Positions 32,006-40,959 of a DNA stretch of 64,000 nucleotides are shown piece by piece. The translations under genes and the position numbers were made by a program. The stretch is taken from the IMG/VR virus record IMGVR_UViG_3300005077_000003, positions 113,612 to 177,611 of that record; one strand, given 5' to 3'. Under the pieces are notes generated by a model. That model searched no databases and was not told where the DNA came from. It worked only from the letters and a program-made list of their open reading frames with translations. The first letter of the stretch is position 1; each line of letters starts with the position of its first letter. The DNA is from a virus.

Positions 32006-32775
32006 TTGAACCTCCTAGCCCATACGCTTGGGGCGTTTTTCCAGTTATTAATAGGAATTTTTATAATAGGAATATAGTCTGGACTATTATATTTAGTTCT
32101 AAATGCTGGTTCGTCCTCTTCGGTCTGTGCGTAATGAATAGGTGCATGATCTCCTGTGGTACCTGGCATATGGGTAATATCTAAAATAACTTCATTAGTA
32201 AAAATTATCTTTGCAGCATCTTGTTGAGCTCTTATACTAAAGTCAACAAAGGCCATGGCAGTACCTTGAAATACAGAATCAAGTCCACCAAGTGATCTCA
32301 TATATTCTGTTTTTATCATAGAGGTAGGAAGAAATACATAACTGTCATCTATGTTATGTGAAGATATGCCAGCATGAATATTTATATGGCATTCGTTGTA
32401 ACTGTAAATACGAGCAGATTCATGTGCTACCATTCCTAAAATAAATTTAGGTTCTTGTTTTATAGTGTTTTCAAATATTGTTATGCATTGTGATAGTAAA
32501 GTTGGTCTAAATAATCCATCATCAGTAACATCTATTAAAATTTCTCCTTCTACCATCTCGAGTCCAATATTAAAACACCTTGTAGGAGATCCAAAGTCCC
32601 TAACTAATTTTATGTTTTTATATTGCTCTAATTCTTGTGGTAACAAATAAGGAGATACTATAATAAGTTCAAATGAATTGTTTCCTATTGCATTTATTAA
32701 TGATGTAAATACATTTACCCAATTTTGGGGCCTAATACCAGGCATTACAAATGAAACTTTAGGTTTATCATACAT
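32002..32775 (-). CDS. GT-A (GT2-like) glycosyltransferase, tandem paralogue 1
   Basis: VSFVMPGIRP, TDD motif, LGGLDSVF, VWARRF. Confidence 0.8.
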   Translation of the reverse strand: MYDKPKVSFVMPGIRPQNWVNVFTSLINAIGNNSFELIIVSPYLLPQELEQYKNIKLVRDFGSPTRCFNIGLEMVEGEILIDVTDDGLFRPTLLSQCITIFENTIKQEPKFILGMVAHESARIYSYNECHINIHAGISSHNIDDSYVFLPTSMIKTEYMRSLGGLDSVFQGTAMAFVDFSIRAQQDAAKIIFTNEVILDITHMPGTTGDHAPIHYAQTEEDEPAFRTKYNSPDYIPIIKIPINNWKNAPSVWARRFK

Positions 32776-33682
32776 TATTTAAAATCTTTGACCAGAACGG
32801 CACTGGTGAGTAGTCTTCTAAATACCTAAGAAGACCTGCGGCAGCTATCTTATTTCGTTCTTCCTCGTGCATTGTGTAATATTCAATTTTTTCTAAAAGA
32901 TCTTTGGGAGTAGTATATTCTACATACTCTTTATCTACATGTAGCCTTTCTCTTGTAAAAGGATTCTCTCCTTCTAAAAGTAGACAGCCACAAGCCAAAG
33001 ATTCAAAGACTCTATTTTTTAGTTGCAATTTCCCTGATGGAGAACTTGGCATACCAATAGATATAGCAGATCTTCGTAATAATTTAGCGTACTCTTCTAT
33101 TGGCATTTTAGATATTCTTTTGCCAGGAGAATACGTAACTGGAATCTTAGAAAGAGACAAGGCCTGAAGATAAGGTATTCTTTGAGAATAAGTAGACCCC
33201 ATAAAAGAAACTGGGATATCTTTTGCTTCAGGGTAGAATAAACTAGGACATTGCGGTGCCGGTAAAGAAAGTAGTCCACCCCTTGCTAAGTTAGTTAATT
33301 TTTCATCTGGAAAATCAAAGCACGTATGAAGATCTGCATACGGATTTGTGTCATTCACAACCTTATAAATCCAAGGCCATACAGTATCCTGCCATAAGAA
33401 TATTTTCTTTCCACCTATCTTTGCTAAAGATCTTGTAGTAGGATTTGAGGGACAGTCTCCAATATAAGTAAAAGCGTAATAGTCTGGATGACTTGTTCTT
33501 TCTAATAAAACGTCATCAATATGTTTACCATTTATGAAAGATTCATCTGGGTAAAGGCATTCAACAGAATCAAATAGTTTGCATGCTATTGCTGATTTAT
33601 AGTATGTTTGATATGTATCAGATAGCAACATAGCAGGGTTGCCATCACACCAACGTTCTGAAACTAATATTAGACTGGACAT
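32768..33682 (-). CDS. GT-B glycosyltransferase (CgeB/Glyco_trans_1_2-like)
   Basis: DIPVSFMGS...R, RSAISIG, KNRVFESLACGCLLL, YTTPKDLLEKIEYY...ER.KIA..G. Confidence 0.8.
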   Translation of the reverse strand: MSSLILVSERWCDGNPAMLLSDTYQTYYKSAIACKLFDSVECLYPDESFINGKHIDDVLLERTSHPDYYAFTYIGDCPSNPTTRSLAKIGGKKIFLWQDTVWPWIYKVVNDTNPYADLHTCFDFPDEKLTNLARGGLLSLPAPQCPSLFYPEAKDIPVSFMGSTYSQRIPYLQALSLSKIPVTYSPGKRISKMPIEEYAKLLRRSAISIGMPSSPSGKLQLKNRVFESLACGCLLLEGENPFTRERLHVDKEYVEYTTPKDLLEKIEYYTMHEEERNKIAAAGLLRYLEDYSPVPFWSKILNNV

Positions 33683-35496
33683 AATTCTACTGAGTATTCA
33701 TCTTCATTGCACAAATATCCACCAGTTTTATTTTGATACCATACTACATTTCTAAGCCATTCTTCTTCTGAATAGTTTGTTAATTTATTATATAGCTTAT
33801 TATCTATTATAATTGATCCCAATTTTATAGGAGATTTAAGTAAAAAAATATTTAGTTTTATACTATTATAAATAGTATTTTTATCAATATGGGACCATGA
33901 TTCAGTGAACAATTTTGTTGTCTCTTCAACAAAATTTTCAAGTCCTTCTTTGTTAGTAACAAGTTCTGTAAATAATTTTATAAATACATATTCGTCTATT
34001 GGCCACCAGATTCCAAGTTTTGTTCTGGATGCAACCATTCCTGGTTTACCATTTTGAATATTGACAGCACTATGTTTAAATCTATCTATGATAGATTTTA
34101 GTGTTTTGTAATTGGAAGATACACCTTCTAAAACACTAAAAATATCAGCATAAGGAATACCATATTTATTATTTAATAAGTCAATTGGTTTTTGTAGCAC
34201 CTTATCAAAGTAATAAAAACTTACAACCCAACAAAATACCCTGGTTGCTACCCAACTATCTGATTGCATAGTTGATGTAGATGTTACTAAGTTTTCATAT
34301 TCAGGAATATATGTTCCTTTCTTTTTTATTGATGTATGAGCAGTAATTTGCTCTACCATAGTAGATACTATATTATATTTTTCCCTATAGCTTTGTTCTG
34401 ATAATTCCGTATTTGGTAGTACTGATAAATTATTAAATTGTATTCTATTGCATTGTCCTGATTCTATAATAGAACATACACTATCTTTAAATGATCCATA
34501 TGTTTCATTAGGAAGTCCTATAATAAAATCTGAGTATGTAAGAATACCATCAGAAGAAAATCTATGTTGTAATTCTCTATAAGATTCAGAAGATATATTA
34601 TCACGTTTTATAGCCTGAAGTACACTAGGTGTGGTAGTTTGTAATGCTATATTTACTCCTTTATTTAGGCCAGCAGCAGACAATAAACTTTGTACTGCAT
34701 AAACTTTCTCTGTAGAATTTTTGGCACTATCAAAAGATGTCGCCTTAGGAAAGCCAGTTCTTTCTTTTGTCTTAACAAGATATTGAGCTATTTCTAAATC
34801 TCGCTTAAGCATTCCAAAGTTACCATCACAACAAAATATAAATTCAATTTTATTTTCTGCTATCCAATCTATTTCTGCTTTTACTCTGTCTAATTCAAAC
34901 TTGTTTACTTTACTTGCAGTAGCAGATCCCCAGTTACAGTAAGTGCACTTAAAAGGACAACCGCGATTAGTTTCTAATAGAAAGAGCCATTGATGGTCTG
35001 CCTCTTCCATAATTTTATCAAATACGCCAGTAAGATAAGGAGATGGAATAGTTTCTAAATCTGAAATGCGGGTAGAAGAATATGGCATTTCATCCTCTGA
35101 ATCATTGATATAGGTATCTAAAATAGTAGTAAATACCTTTTCTCCTTCGCCAATGCATATAGCATCAACACATTTTATTTCTTTTGTTTCTTTAGTTATT
35201 TGCGGACCCCCGAAGATAGTAAAAATCTTAGGATTTAGTTTTTTTAGTTCGGTAGCAGTAGCAATAGAAATATTTATATTCCATACATAACAACTAAATC
35301 CTACAATATCACATCGTGATAATTTTTTTACTATATCTTTTAGATCTTCATTTTTATATATATAGGGAATAAACTCAAATTTACTTGAGTCTTTAGAATG
35401 ATGAATAAAATATGCCTCTAGTAACCCTATACTATATGGAAGATAGTTTGCACCGGCAAATTCATTATTAATCTGGACAAGGCCTACTGTATACAT
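33670..35496 (-). CDS. B12-binding radical SAM enzyme
   Basis: N-terminal cobalamin-binding-like domain (YLPYSIGLL, DIVGFSCYVWN, IFGGP); CxxxCxxC motif RGCPFKCTYC. Confidence 0.9.
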   Translation of the reverse strand: MYTVGLVQINNEFAGANYLPYSIGLLEAYFIHHSKDSSKFEFIPYIYKNEDLKDIVKKLSRCDIVGFSCYVWNINISIATATELKKLNPKIFTIFGGPQITKETKEIKCVDAICIGEGEKVFTTILDTYINDSEDEMPYSSTRISDLETIPSPYLTGVFDKIMEEADHQWLFLLETNRGCPFKCTYCNWGSATASKVNKFELDRVKAEIDWIAENKIEFIFCCDGNFGMLKRDLEIAQYLVKTKERTGFPKATSFDSAKNSTEKVYAVQSLLSAAGLNKGVNIALQTTTPSVLQAIKRDNISSESYRELQHRFSSDGILTYSDFIIGLPNETYGSFKDSVCSIIESGQCNRIQFNNLSVLPNTELSEQSYREKYNIVSTMVEQITAHTSIKKKGTYIPEYENLVTSTSTMQSDSWVATRVFCWVVSFYYFDKVLQKPIDLLNNKYGIPYADIFSVLEGVSSNYKTLKSIIDRFKHSAVNIQNGKPGMVASRTKLGIWWPIDEYVFIKLFTELVTNKEGLENFVEETTKLFTESWSHIDKNTIYNSIKLNIFLLKSPIKLGSIIIDNKLYNKLTNYSEEEWLRNVVWYQNKTGGYLCNEDEYSVELCPV

Positions 35497-36036
35497 TTAT
35501 TTTTCGTTGTAGTAATCTCCATATTCTACTAGAATAGAAGAATTTCCATGAGTCGCAGCATAATATGCATTTCTATATGTACTAAATATCTCTTCTGGCT
35601 CTTTTAGTTCATATATTTTTATATTATCACACATAGACCTAAATGCTTCTGAGTAATTACCTACGTGTTGGTGTTGTGGATGTATAGGTCTCTCTGAGCC
35701 TATACTTACTTTTATAATAACTCCTGGCATAAATGGCCTATCAGCCATTACTGGTATTTTATCTAAATGATTTACTATTTGATTTGTTGCTAGCAAAAGA
35801 AAGTTCCAGCGTGGATACACACTAATAGGTATCATTCCATCAAGAGCAAGTCCAATAGATAGCCCCATCTGGAACTCTTCGCATACGGGCATTTCTAATA
35901 ATTTTTCTTTTGGAATATCAGCAAAAGTATTTGACATAGCAGTCCCTGGATATGCTACTGCCTGACCTAAGAAGATAACTTCTTTCTTTTCTGCAAGCCA
36001 ATCCATGGTTCGCTTCATTTCATCAACATATTTCAT
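35497..36036 (-). CDS. ThDP-dependent E1 beta / transketolase pyrimidine-binding subunit, short (179 aa)
   Basis: VIFLGQAV, LLEMPVCEEFQMGLSIGLAL.G..P, NQIVNHLDK, HPQHQH; no C-terminal transketolase domain. Confidence 0.8.
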   Translation of the reverse strand: MKYVDEMKRTMDWLAEKKEVIFLGQAVAYPGTAMSNTFADIPKEKLLEMPVCEEFQMGLSIGLALDGMIPISVYPRWNFLLLATNQIVNHLDKIPVMADRPFMPGVIIKVSIGSERPIHPQHQHVGNYSEAFRSMCDNIKIYELKEPEEIFSTYRNAYYAATHGNSSILVEYGDYYNEK

Positions 36037-36641
36037 TAGAATTGTACCCTCTTACCTGCGCCAGCATGGGGATATTTATTTTTATAATCATAATATATTA
36101 TATGTTTTAAGTCTTTATATGGGAGTTCTTTCATTCCCCAAGTATTCTTTGTGTCAGTGCAGACAGAGAGACCGTTATTTTCCACTATAAATGTTATAGG
36201 TAAATTAAAGTTTTCTACATATGTAATACACTCATGGAATTGTCCTGTCACATAAGCCATGTCACCTAGAAAACAATATACATGAGTATCTGCACTTTTG
36301 CGCTTTATTGATAAAGCTACACCTGTAGCAATAGAAAGACAGCCTGTAACAATACCAGAAGAGAAGATATTATAGTTTGGATATTGTAAAGCAATAGATC
36401 TACCATTCAATATGTCTTTCTTGAGTTCTTCTGGAGGAACTCCTTTAAGAAGACATTGGTAGTGACTACGCCAGGTACAAAAAACCCAATCTTGTTCACG
36501 TACTTTTTGAAAAATCTCAATCATCTTCTCTTCATTATTAGAGTAAAGATGGATTGGTGCTCTTATGTGAGCGGCATCAAATTCGGCGGCAATATCCGTC
36601 TCAAAATCTATTAGATCTTGTGCTGTTAGGTTTGTAATCAT
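36036..36641 (-). CDS. ThDP-dependent E1 alpha-like subunit, short (201 aa)
   Basis: DWVFCTWRSHY, SGIV, GVALS, FLGD...G.F.E...N..LPITFIVENN ThDP-binding motif. Confidence 0.85.
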   Translation of the reverse strand: MITNLTAQDLIDFETDIAAEFDAAHIRAPIHLYSNNEEKMIEIFQKVREQDWVFCTWRSHYQCLLKGVPPEELKKDILNGRSIALQYPNYNIFSSGIVTGCLSIATGVALSIKRKSADTHVYCFLGDMAYVTGQFHECITYVENFNLPITFIVENNGLSVCTDTKNTWGMKELPYKDLKHIIYYDYKNKYPHAGAGKRVQF

Positions 36642-38128
36642 TATCTATTAGCGTAAGTTCTTTTTAAAGAATAAGACAGCATATCTTTTAACTCATCTGC
36701 TGCTCTAGGACCAAATTTCTTTGTCATCATATTAATATATCTTTCATCTGAATGATATGTGTTAAAAGCAAAGTCTCTGAATTTGAGTATCTCTCCTGCA
36801 GATAAGAATTCAGTAGGAAGGTTAAACGTTTCTGCTGAATATTGAGAATATCCTACCCAACTTACTCCATTATTTTCTGGCAATAATTCTGGAGCACTAA
36901 CAGAAATTTCTCTATGTAATCTTGATCCAGGGTATGCCATAGCAGAACAAAAACTTGCATACTCAGTATTTAGTTCTTGAGCTAAAGCCAATGTTTCTTT
37001 CATAGTATCTATATTTTCCCCAGGAAGACCAATAATATAATTACCTATTATACTTATATCATAGTATCTAATTTTATTTACTATATCCACTATATCAACA
37101 TCTTTGTATTGTCCTTTAGCACTTTCAAGACGTATATTCCTATTAGCAGACTCTATCCCAAGAGCAATCCAATTTACTCCCGCTCTCTTTAGAAGAGAAA
37201 GATATTCATCTTTTATAGTATCTATCCTTGCATAACACCATATATTAAATTTATGGCCTCTTTCTACAATAAGTTCACAGATACGAGCAAAGTGATTTGG
37301 GTTTAAAACAAACATTTCATCAGCTATTTTAAGATTAGTAATCCCCATTTCTGCTATTTTATCGAGTTCTGTTATTACAAATTCTGGACTCCAGTATCTA
37401 ATTCTTGGAGTACCAAATGGTGCATTTATCATACAGAACGAGCAGCTATATGGACAGCCTAAACTAGTATAAATGCTTGCAAATGGTTGGCGTTTATTAT
37501 TATTTGTCCAACTTAACCAATTATTCGCCTTATATCTTGTAGATGGAAGCAGGTCCCAAGCTAATCCTGGTAGTTCCTCATCAAGATTTTTTATTAATTC
37601 TGCTGGTTTAGTAGATACAATATCTTTTGATTTAGAATAGTAATATAGTCCTGGAACTGTACTAAGTTGAGTTTCGTCAAACATATTTACTTGAAGAAGC
37701 TTATCTAGTGTAAATAGGCCCTCTCCTTTAGCTACAAAAGCAGCTTTATCATCTAATATCGTTTTTTCTGGTAGAGCAGAAGGATGAGCTCCTACATATA
37801 TAATTGGTATATTACTTCCAGATAAAGCTGCAGAAATATCCATTAGCCCTACCATATTAGGAGTAGATGCTTGAGGATTTTGTCCATATGCGACAAGAGC
37901 AACAAGTCTAGGGTTAATGTTTACTATTTTTTTTGCTGCAGTTGTTGCTGAAATATTTTCTGCTTCTGTATCTAAAACACCAGCTCGATGTCCTTTCTTT
38001 CTAAGGCCGTTTGCTAATAAAGATATCCATATTGGTGGCTCTATTGCAGAAAGCCTAGTACTCAGAGTTTGGTATATCTTTTTTGAACCATTTGGATGAA
38101 CAAGAAGTAAATCTATATTATTATTCAT
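36641..38128 (-). CDS. B12-binding radical SAM enzyme (class B methyltransferase-like)
   Basis: IEPPIW, VGAHPSALPE, KGEG; SLGCPYSCSFC; DEMFVLN; LGIES; YIIGLPGE. Confidence 0.9.
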   Translation of the reverse strand: MNNNIDLLLVHPNGSKKIYQTLSTRLSAIEPPIWISLLANGLRKKGHRAGVLDTEAENISATTAAKKIVNINPRLVALVAYGQNPQASTPNMVGLMDISAALSGSNIPIIYVGAHPSALPEKTILDDKAAFVAKGEGLFTLDKLLQVNMFDETQLSTVPGLYYYSKSKDIVSTKPAELIKNLDEELPGLAWDLLPSTRYKANNWLSWTNNNKRQPFASIYTSLGCPYSCSFCMINAPFGTPRIRYWSPEFVITELDKIAEMGITNLKIADEMFVLNPNHFARICELIVERGHKFNIWCYARIDTIKDEYLSLLKRAGVNWIALGIESANRNIRLESAKGQYKDVDIVDIVNKIRYYDISIIGNYIIGLPGENIDTMKETLALAQELNTEYASFCSAMAYPGSRLHREISVSAPELLPENNGVSWVGYSQYSAETFNLPTEFLSAGEILKFRDFAFNTYHSDERYINMMTKKFGPRAADELKDMLSYSLKRTYANR

Positions 38129-38840
38129 ATTTAGTATCTTTTAAATTATTAAGTTTATTTGCAGCTTCTATAATGCTAGATACGCATTGTCTATAAATTG
38201 TTGACGGATGATTTGTTTTAATATTTACTCTACGTTCAATATATGTTGTATCTATTTGAGACTTACCTAGTATAAAGTGCATATGCTCATTTATAAATGG
38301 TAGTCTTTTTCTTCTATTAATAAGTTTTGCTATATCATTAATATAGTTGTCACTATAGTCAAATTCAAAACATGGTAATGATATATAGCCTACTGTTTCT
38401 ATCCATCTTTTGTGTATAATAGGATGACTTGCAAACCCTTCTTCATTTCCACCAGCAGTTCCTACTAAATCATCGCCTGATACTAACCATAATTTATCTA
38501 TCGAACTATCAAAAAAATCTATTATAATCTTATCCCAGCTGAGTGTTCTTTGTATTAGATCATCTCCGCATAAATATATTATATCTTCTTTAACATCTTG
38601 GTATAGTATATCAAGCATTGCTGAGAAGACTATTCTAGGTCGTACAATATAGTGAATTTGATCTGGAAAGCTTTCTTGAAGAGGTAATACAGCTGTTAAT
38701 GATAATAAGTCATCATCATCTATGTAAAGATATAATTTTAAATTAGATATATCATCAGCAGTATTAACTACTGATTGCCAAAATCTAATTAGCTCATTAG
38801 GCCTATTTCTTATAGGCATCAGCATAGCTATCTTAGCCAT
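38121..38840 (-). CDS. GT-A (GT2) glycosyltransferase
   Basis: IAMLMPIRNRP, YIDDDD, LCGDD, HPII...W..VG, YSD. Confidence 0.8.
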   Translation of the reverse strand: MAKIAMLMPIRNRPNELIRFWQSVVNTADDISNLKLYLYIDDDDLLSLTAVLPLQESFPDQIHYIVRPRIVFSAMLDILYQDVKEDIIYLCGDDLIQRTLSWDKIIIDFFDSSIDKLWLVSGDDLVGTAGGNEEGFASHPIIHKRWIETVGYISLPCFEFDYSDNYINDIAKLINRRKRLPFINEHMHFILGKSQIDTTYIERRVNIKTNHPSTIYRQCVSSIIEAANKLNNLKDTKYE

Positions 38841-38842
38841 GA

Positions 38843-39787
38843 CTATATATTTGTATAAGAAGTAAGAGTTCTGCTAATAATTTCATAGCATTTTAATAGT
38901 TCGGCTATTCCAGAATCCAAAGTATAAATTGGCTTCCATCCAAGTGATTCAATTTTTTTATTAGATACTATATAGTCTCTTTTATCGGGATCAGTTGCAA
39001 TATTATCTTTCTGTATAGAGAACTCTGGAATAAATTTTTTAATTCTTTCTGCAAGTTGCAATTTAGTTATGTTAGTATCAGATAATCCTATATTATAAGT
39101 TTGACCCGACATTTTATCATAGTTTTTTATTGCAAACTTAAATGCCCTAGCTACATCTTTTACATGGATATAATTTCTATTAAATTCCCATTCAAATAGT
39201 ACAATATACTTGTCTCGCATAGCTTTTAATGTAAAGTCATTTACCAATAAGTCTATACGCATTCTAGGAGATGAACCAAATACTGTTGCAAGTCTAAAAG
39301 ATACACCTCCAGTAGATAATATATGGTCTTCTGCCATACATTTTGTTTTTCCATAATGGCTAATTGGATTAAGGGGTGTTTCTTCTGTACAAAATACACC
39401 CTTTTCTCCTACGCCATACCCGCTATTTGTATTAGGATATATAATTTTTGTTTCAGCCCGTTTATGTTCAAGGATAGCCTTAATATGATTATAATTAACA
39501 TCAAGAGCTAATTGCTTATCCCGCTCACAAGCTGGAAACCCGACTATAGCTGCTAAAGGTATGATTATATCAGCCTTGTTTACATAACTGAGCAATTTCT
39601 TGATATCACGAACATCTCCATATACAAATGTAAAATCTTCGTTATAACAAAGGTCCATAAATGGAGTTTGCTTATACATAAGATTGTCATATACAATAAC
39701 TTTATGTCCAGCATTAATTAGCTCATATGTGAGCGTAGAACCTAAATATCCAGCTCCACCAGTAATCAAAACCTTAAAACTCGACAT
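38843..39787 (-). CDS. NAD-dependent nucleotide-sugar epimerase/dehydratase (extended SDR)
   Basis: VLITGGAGYLGS, LAAIVG.P.C, YGKTK (YxxxK), FRLATVFG.SPRMR.DLLVNDF. Confidence 0.9.
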   Translation of the reverse strand: MSSFKVLITGGAGYLGSTLTYELINAGHKVIVYDNLMYKQTPFMDLCYNEDFTFVYGDVRDIKKLLSYVNKADIIIPLAAIVGFPACERDKQLALDVNYNHIKAILEHKRAETKIIYPNTNSGYGVGEKGVFCTEETPLNPISHYGKTKCMAEDHILSTGGVSFRLATVFGSSPRMRIDLLVNDFTLKAMRDKYIVLFEWEFNRNYIHVKDVARAFKFAIKNYDKMSGQTYNIGLSDTNITKLQLAERIKKFIPEFSIQKDNIATDPDKRDYIVSNKKIESLGWKPIYTLDSGIAELLKCYEIISRTLTSYTNI

Positions 39788-40541
39788 AAGTTACTCCTCT
39801 TTTTTGTATTACCTTTGTTGCGCATTCGTTTGCATATTTTATCGCAGCAATTATATCTAAATTTAATAGGTATTTTATAGTTAATGCCGCTAGGAATGTA
39901 TCGCCTGCTCCTACACAGTCTTTCATTGGTACAGATGGAACGTGAAACTCTTCATTTTGATATATACATCCTTTATCCCCTCTAGTTACAATTACATTAT
40001 GAGCCAGTATTGGATTTAAATCAAACACATGTTTAGTATTATTATATTCACTTGTATTGAGTTTTATGAAGGTAATGTCATTACACCATCTGCCCAAGAT
40101 TTTTTTTGTGTCCAAGAATGTAATTGGATAATAAACAGCTATTTTTGATATATCAGATTCTGTTAAAAATCCTTTGCAGTAATCTGATATTATAACAGCC
40201 TTAGCATTTGGATAGCTATCAAATAGCTTATTAATATCACAGTGTTCTACTTTATCATCACCCTCATCTACTCTTAGCAACATACTATTAGTACGTTCTT
40301 CTACATACCTGGTCTTTGATATCTCTTTCCAATTATCATTAGTAATAATACCAGGTTTAGTATTTATATTGTTTATTTTTAGCAATGACTCTAGATTTAA
40401 TAAAGTATTCATAGCCATACCTGGATTGCTTTTCTGGCTAACTTTATTAAATACTAATGCTGGAGCTTCTGGGGCAATTCTATTACATGGTCCATAGATA
40501 AAATTATCTATACAACTTTCTCCAATGACAACTATTTCCAT
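39774..40541 (-). CDS. PfkB-family sugar kinase, HldE/RfaE heptose-7-phosphate kinase-domain-like
   Basis: VIGESCID.F.YG...R..PEAP..V, ISDYCKG, DCVGAGDTF. Confidence 0.85.
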   Translation of the reverse strand: MEIVVIGESCIDNFIYGPCNRIAPEAPALVFNKVSQKSNPGMAMNTLLNLESLLKINNINTKPGIITNDNWKEISKTRYVEERTNSMLLRVDEGDDKVEHCDINKLFDSYPNAKAVIISDYCKGFLTESDISKIAVYYPITFLDTKKILGRWCNDITFIKLNTSEYNNTKHVFDLNPILAHNVIVTRGDKGCIYQNEEFHVPSVPMKDCVGAGDTFLAALTIKYLLNLDIIAAIKYANECATKVIQKRGVTYVEF

Positions 40542-40545
40542 TTTA

Positions 40546-40959
40546 TTACCAACTTATTTCCCAATCTTTGAATTCACTAGCTAAACAATCAACTTTGTAG
40601 TCTTTACGCCCACCAATTGATTCTTGTATAATATTTTTCGCAGTATTTCTTATGCCATTAAGGCCATGTGTTAGTTTTAGGTTTCCATCGGAAAGCCCTT
40701 TTCTAACATTAGACTCATTATGCCATATATGTAAATTCATTTGCGACAAAACTATTATCGCACGAATCATTTCTGATTGTATACCTAGTAGTTCTAAATC
40801 ATGTAGTATATCTTTTATTTCCTGTGCATATTCTTCTTTATGCTCAGGAATAAAGACTTCTTTTAATTGTAAGATAGATAACCTATCTATCAATTCTGAA
40901 ACAGTTGGTAAATATTTTCTTTTGTTTTCATCCATAATATTTATAATATACTCGTACAA
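40546..40959 (-). CDS. Hypothetical helical protein of the glycan island (137 aa; start may be 40935)
   Basis: In-operon ORF with motif SELIDRLSILQLK. Confidence 0.6.
   Translation of the reverse strand: MYEYIINIMDENKRKYLPTVSELIDRLSILQLKEVFIPEHKEEYAQEIKDILHDLELLGIQSEMIRAIIVLSQMNLHIWHNESNVRKGLSDGNLKLTHGLNGIRNTAKNIIQESIGGRKDYKVDCLASEFKDWEISW

Noticed and set aside
35497-36641. Pyruvate dehydrogenase auxiliary metabolic genes
   Set aside because: The subunits are heavily truncated, E2/E3 are absent, and they are embedded in a sugar cluster.
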